A DNA stretch of 18,527 nt from Gemmatimonadales bacterium (lineage in GTDB: Bacteria; Gemmatimonadota; Gemmatimonadetes; Gemmatimonadales; GWC2-71-9). Made by a program: the position numbers and the translations under genes. This document shows positions 15,591 to 18,527 of the stretch, piece after piece. The DNA lies in NCBI GenBank assembly GCA_039794085.1, contig JBDIWC010000066.1, positions 1 to 18,527 on the forward strand, given 5' to 3'. Each line of letters begins with the position of its first letter. The first letter of the stretch is position 1. The notes under the pieces were generated by a model. The model was not told where the DNA came from, did not search any database, and worked only from the letters and a program-made list of their open reading frames with translations.

Positions 15591-17129
15591 CTACGGCAAC
15601 CCGTACCGACGGCGGAGTTCGGTCATCACCACCTGCCGGATGTCGCGAAGCTCTCGGAGCAACCGGAGACCGGGATGGCCGGGCGCGAGGTAGCCCAGGT
15701 TGCGCTCGGCGCCGCTCACCAGATAGTCGGTGGTGACCACGCGATAGGTGTGGGTGGTGTCGAGGGGCGCTCCGCCGACCGACCACTGCCCTGACGAATC
15801 ACGGCCCACATTGTCCCAGGCCAGATATCCCCCCGTGCCCCGATTCGACTCCCCGGTGGCCAGAACACGGCTGAGGAGTGACCCCGTCATCTCGACCTCC
15901 ACCACGTGGCCGCCGAAGGGGAGGAGACGGATGAGATCGTACTCGGTGATCGGCCCGGGAGGGAGCACATCATCGATCCGGATGGAACCGGTGTTGAAGA
16001 GCCCGACGTCGGCATTGGTTTCGTGGCGGAGCGCCGAAGCCACGATGGCGCCGAGAAGCGTGGGCCGGGTCCGCATCACGGCTTCGCGACCGTCGAGAGG
16101 TACGGTGGTACGGGTCACCACGCGATCGGGTTCGAATCCCGACGCCCGCATGCCGGCCGTCCCCAGCGTCATCCACTGGTTTGCCTCGGCCCGCACGACC
16201 GGATCCTCGGGGATCGAGTCGGTCACCACGACGAGTTCGTATGACACATGGGCCGGAGCGCCAGGACTGAGGGTCAGGTGAACAATCACGGCGGAACGGG
16301 CATTGGCGTCCGCCTTGAGGACGGGGGTGAAGTGCGGCCCCCGGCGGTAGGCCTGGTTGTCGTGCTCGTGGCCCCCGAGAATGACGGTGAGTTCAGGGAC
16401 CGTCTCGGCGAGGTGGAGGTCGGTGGCGATGGGAAGGTGTGTCAGGGCCACGATGGCGTCGGCGCTGTCGCGGATCAGGGTCACCTCGTGCCGGAGCGCC
16501 GAGTCCGGGTCGGTGTAGCGCACCCAGTCGCGTGAGTTGGACCGAATCGTGGCCCCGACGAAGCCGATGCGCACCGTGCGCCTATCGGGCGCGGTGATGG
16601 TAACGATCCGGTGGGGGACAGTCCCGGGAAAGAGGTCCCCGTTGGCATCGGTGACGTTTGTCGCGAGGTAGGGAAAACGTGACTCCCCGAGCCGGGAAAG
16701 GAACTCCGGCTCCCGGAGATCGAACTCATGGTTCCCGAACACGGCGAGGTTGACCCCGGTGGCGTTGAGGGTGGCCACCATCTGACGCCCAGCCAGGCGG
16801 GCGCCATCCACCAACGCGGTGCCGACGGCGGAGGGACTGAAGAAGTCTCCGCCGAGCGTCAAGAGGGTGTTGGGGTTGTCCGCGAGGAGCCGGTGCCGAA
16901 GGGTGGCGATCCGGGACAGGCCGCCACTCCGTCCCTGGTCGAGGGGGGTGATCTCGTAGACGTCGTTGATGTGGAGGAGGGTCACCCGGATCGGTTCTCC
17001 GCCGGTCAAGGGAAGAGGGGTTGGGGTCCCCGTGGTGGGAGCACAGCCCTGAATGGGGCTGACCAGGGCGAGCAGAATCCAGAGGTGGGAGGTCATGGAC
17101 CGGGCCACCGGGGGGACGGTGGTGATCAT
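15591..17129 (-). CDS. Bifunctional metallophosphatase / 5'-nucleotidase, probable lipoprotein
   Basis: LHINDVYE, GDFFSPS, GNHEFD, ALTH and GGHEH motifs. C-terminal domain has NTGSIR, LLPFGG and YRVVTTDYL. Hydrophobic leader with IQG-C. Start is 17129 (ATGA overlap) or 17096. Confidence 0.93.
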   Translation of the reverse strand: MITTVPPVARSMTSHLWILLALVSPIQGCAPTTGTPTPLPLTGGEPIRVTLLHINDVYEITPLDQGRSGGLSRIATLRHRLLADNPNTLLTLGGDFFSPSAVGTALVDGARLAGRQMVATLNATGVNLAVFGNHEFDLREPEFLSRLGESRFPYLATNVTDANGDLFPGTVPHRIVTITAPDRRTVRIGFVGATIRSNSRDWVRYTDPDSALRHEVTLIRDSADAIVALTHLPIATDLHLAETVPELTVILGGHEHDNQAYRRGPHFTPVLKADANARSAVIVHLTLSPGAPAHVSYELVVVTDSIPEDPVVRAEANQWMTLGTAGMRASGFEPDRVVTRTTVPLDGREAVMRTRPTLLGAIVASALRHETNADVGLFNTGSIRIDDVLPPGPITEYDLIRLLPFGGHVVEVEMTGSLLSRVLATGESNRGTGGYLAWDNVGRDSSGQWSVGGAPLDTTHTYRVVTTDYLVSGAERNLGYLAPGHPGLRLLRELRDIRQVVMTELRRRYGLP

Positions 17130-17320
17130 GCCAGCTGTTCGAAAAGGCGGCGAGAGGCAAGGGCCACGTCCTGCACGGCCGTCTCGAAGGCGTGCTGGTT
17201 CTTCTGGGACGGGGCCCGGAAGCCGCTGATCTTCCGGATGAACTGCAGGGCGGCGTCGTGGAGCTCGTCGTCGGTGGGCGAGGCCTCCGGGCGACGCAGC
17301 TTCTTGATGTTGCGGCACAT
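17126..17320 (-). CDS. DUF2277-like small protein (64 aa)
   Basis: MCRNIKKL...T.DE...AALQFIRKISG...PS..N..AFE.AV signature. Start reassigned to MCRN (17320). Confidence 0.85.
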   Translation of the reverse strand: MCRNIKKLRRPEASPTDDELHDAALQFIRKISGFRAPSQKNQHAFETAVQDVALASRRLFEQLA

Positions 17321-17344
17321 GGCAGATCTCCGAAATGCGATGAG

Positions 17345-17386
17345 GTTCGAGGTGAGAAGTTTGAAGGGTGAAGTTCGAAGTTTGAA
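17345..17386 (-). repeat. Tandem heptamer array, six imperfect copies
   Basis: Minus strand reads ttcaaac ttcgaac ttcaccc ttcaaac ttctcac ctcgaac. Confidence 0.8.
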
Positions 17387-17387
17387 A

Positions 17388-17413
17388 TGGACCCCGGCGT
17401 TCGCCGGGGTGAC
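17388..17413 (-). repeat. REP-like GC-rich palindrome
   Basis: Minus strand reads GTC-ACCCCGGC-GAAC-GCCGGGGT-CCA: a perfect 8-bp stem with a 4-nt loop and no U-tract. Confidence 0.6.
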
Positions 17414-17597
17414 GCTTCCGGTATTGGCCGGCGCATGTTGCAATGGGGCGCAGCGCATCCGGGGGTCAGTGCTCCCAGGAAGAGGAACGACAGGGGGAGG
17501 GTGAGGTTCCGGTCACATGCTGCCCGTGAGTGAGAGTAGTTTGGAGGCTATCTAGAATATAGGTATCCCCGGAGTTCCCTTACCGGTTTGCAGAATC

Positions 17598-17637
17598 GGG
17601 GTTTGTGGGCCATACTTGGGGTTTGTGGACCATACTT
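17598..17637. repeat. 20-bp tandem direct repeat, two copies with one mismatch
   Basis: ggggtttgtgggccatactt followed directly by ggggtttgtggaccatactt, ending 31 bp before the kinase ATG. Confidence 0.9.
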
Positions 17638-17668
17638 GTCGGATACCTGACACGGTTCGAGGCGACTG

Positions 17669-18527
17669 ATGGACGATCTGCGCACCCGGTTGGAGCAGGC
17701 GCTGAGCCCGACGTATACCCTGGAGCGGGAGCTCGGGGGCGGAGGGATGTCGCGCACCTACCTGGCCCGGGAGGTGGCGCTGGACCGGCGGGTGGTGATC
17801 AAGGTGCTGGCGCCGGAGCTGCTGGCGGGGATCTCGGTGGAGCGGTTCCGGCGGGAAATCCTTCTGGCGGCGCAGCTGCAGCATCCCCACGTGGTGCCGG
17901 TGCTGACGGCGGGGGACGTGGGAGGGATCCCGTGGTTCACGATGCCGTATGTGGAGGGGCAGTCGCTGCGGCAGCGGGTGGCGGGGGGCCCGCTCGGGAT
18001 CGGGGAGGTGGTGAGCACGCTGCGGGATGTGGCGCGGGCCTTGGCGTACGCCCATGCGCGGGGGATCGTGCACCGGGACATCAAGCCGGACAATGTGCTG
18101 TTGTCGTCGGGGAGTGCGACGGTGACGGACTTCGGGATTGCGAAGGCGATCAGCGCGGCGCGGACGGGGGATGCCGCGAGGGGGGCGACGCTGACGCAGG
18201 TGGGGACCTCGATCGGCACGCCGACCTACATGTCTCCCGAGCAGGCGTTGGGAGATCCGAACACCGATCACCGGGCGGACCTCTATTCCTTTGGGGTGTT
18301 GGCCTACGAGCTGCTGGCGGGTCACCCCCCGTTCCAGGCGGAGGCGCCGGCGCGGATGCTGGCGGTGCACATGGGGGAGACGCCACGGGACGTGCGGGAG
18401 GTGCGGGCGGACTGTCCCGCGCCGCTGGCGGATCTGGTGATGGCGTGCCTGGCGAAGGATCCGGGCGAGCGGCCGAGCCAGGCGGGGGACCTGGCGCGGG
18501 TGCTGGACTCGATCACCTCGAGCGGGA
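17669..18527 (+). CDS. Hanks-type Ser/Thr protein kinase, 5' part (runs off the window; absent from the ORF track)
   Basis: Manual translation: MDDLRTRLEQALSPTYTLERELGGGGMSRTYLA...VVIKVL...ERFRREI...HRDIKPDN...DFGIAKA...GTPTYMSPEQ...DLYSFG. Confidence 0.96.
   Translation, partial: MDDLRTRLEQALSPTYTLERELGGGGMSRTYLAREVALDRRVVIKVLAPELLAGISVERFRREILLAAQLQHPHVVPVLTAGDVGGIPWFTMPYVEGQSLRQRVAGGPLGIGEVVSTLRDVARALAYAHARGIVHRDIKPDNVLLSSGSATVTDFGIAKAISAARTGDAARGATLTQVGTSIGTPTYMSPEQALGDPNTDHRADLYSFGVLAYELLAGHPPFQAEAPARMLAVHMGETPRDVREVRADCPAPLADLVMACLAKDPGERPSQAGDLARVLDSITSSG

Noticed and set aside
17598..17637. CRISPR array (also considered for 241-482)
   Set aside because: There are no unique spacers between same-orientation repeats of constant length, too few copies, and no cas genes.
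17552..18370. 272-aa minus-strand ORF
   Set aside because: It is the antisense shadow of the + strand Ser/Thr kinase, which has the canonical catalytic motifs.

Overview
GC-rich bacterial chromosomal window, probably origin-proximal and probably Gemmatimonadota (inferred from gene order and the style of the Ser/Thr kinase). Bases 1-198 look like low-quality sequence. A repeat-rich leader with a near-perfect parS site precedes a tightly coupled + strand operon: parA, parB, M23 peptidase, bactofilin, BMP-family lipoprotein and a hemolysin-III/PAQR membrane protein. The most notable feature is a ~9 kb - strand redox/copper module (5446-14544). It comprises a sensor kinase, a sigma-54 NtrC-type regulator, a MauL-like cupredoxin and a Cyc2-like monoheme cytochrome-porin fusion, all with overlapping reading frames. 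After these come a candidate sigma-54 promoter with two tandem enhancer-like palindromes, a plastocyanin-like protein, a His-rich lipoprotein, a second beta-barrel and a diheme cytochrome c. The rest of the window holds a putative small-protein/nucleotidyltransferase toxin-antitoxin pair, a 5'-nucleotidase, a DUF2277-like protein, dispersed short repeats and the 5' part of a Hanks-type Ser/Thr kinase. All family calls come from motif recognition by eye; no searches were run.
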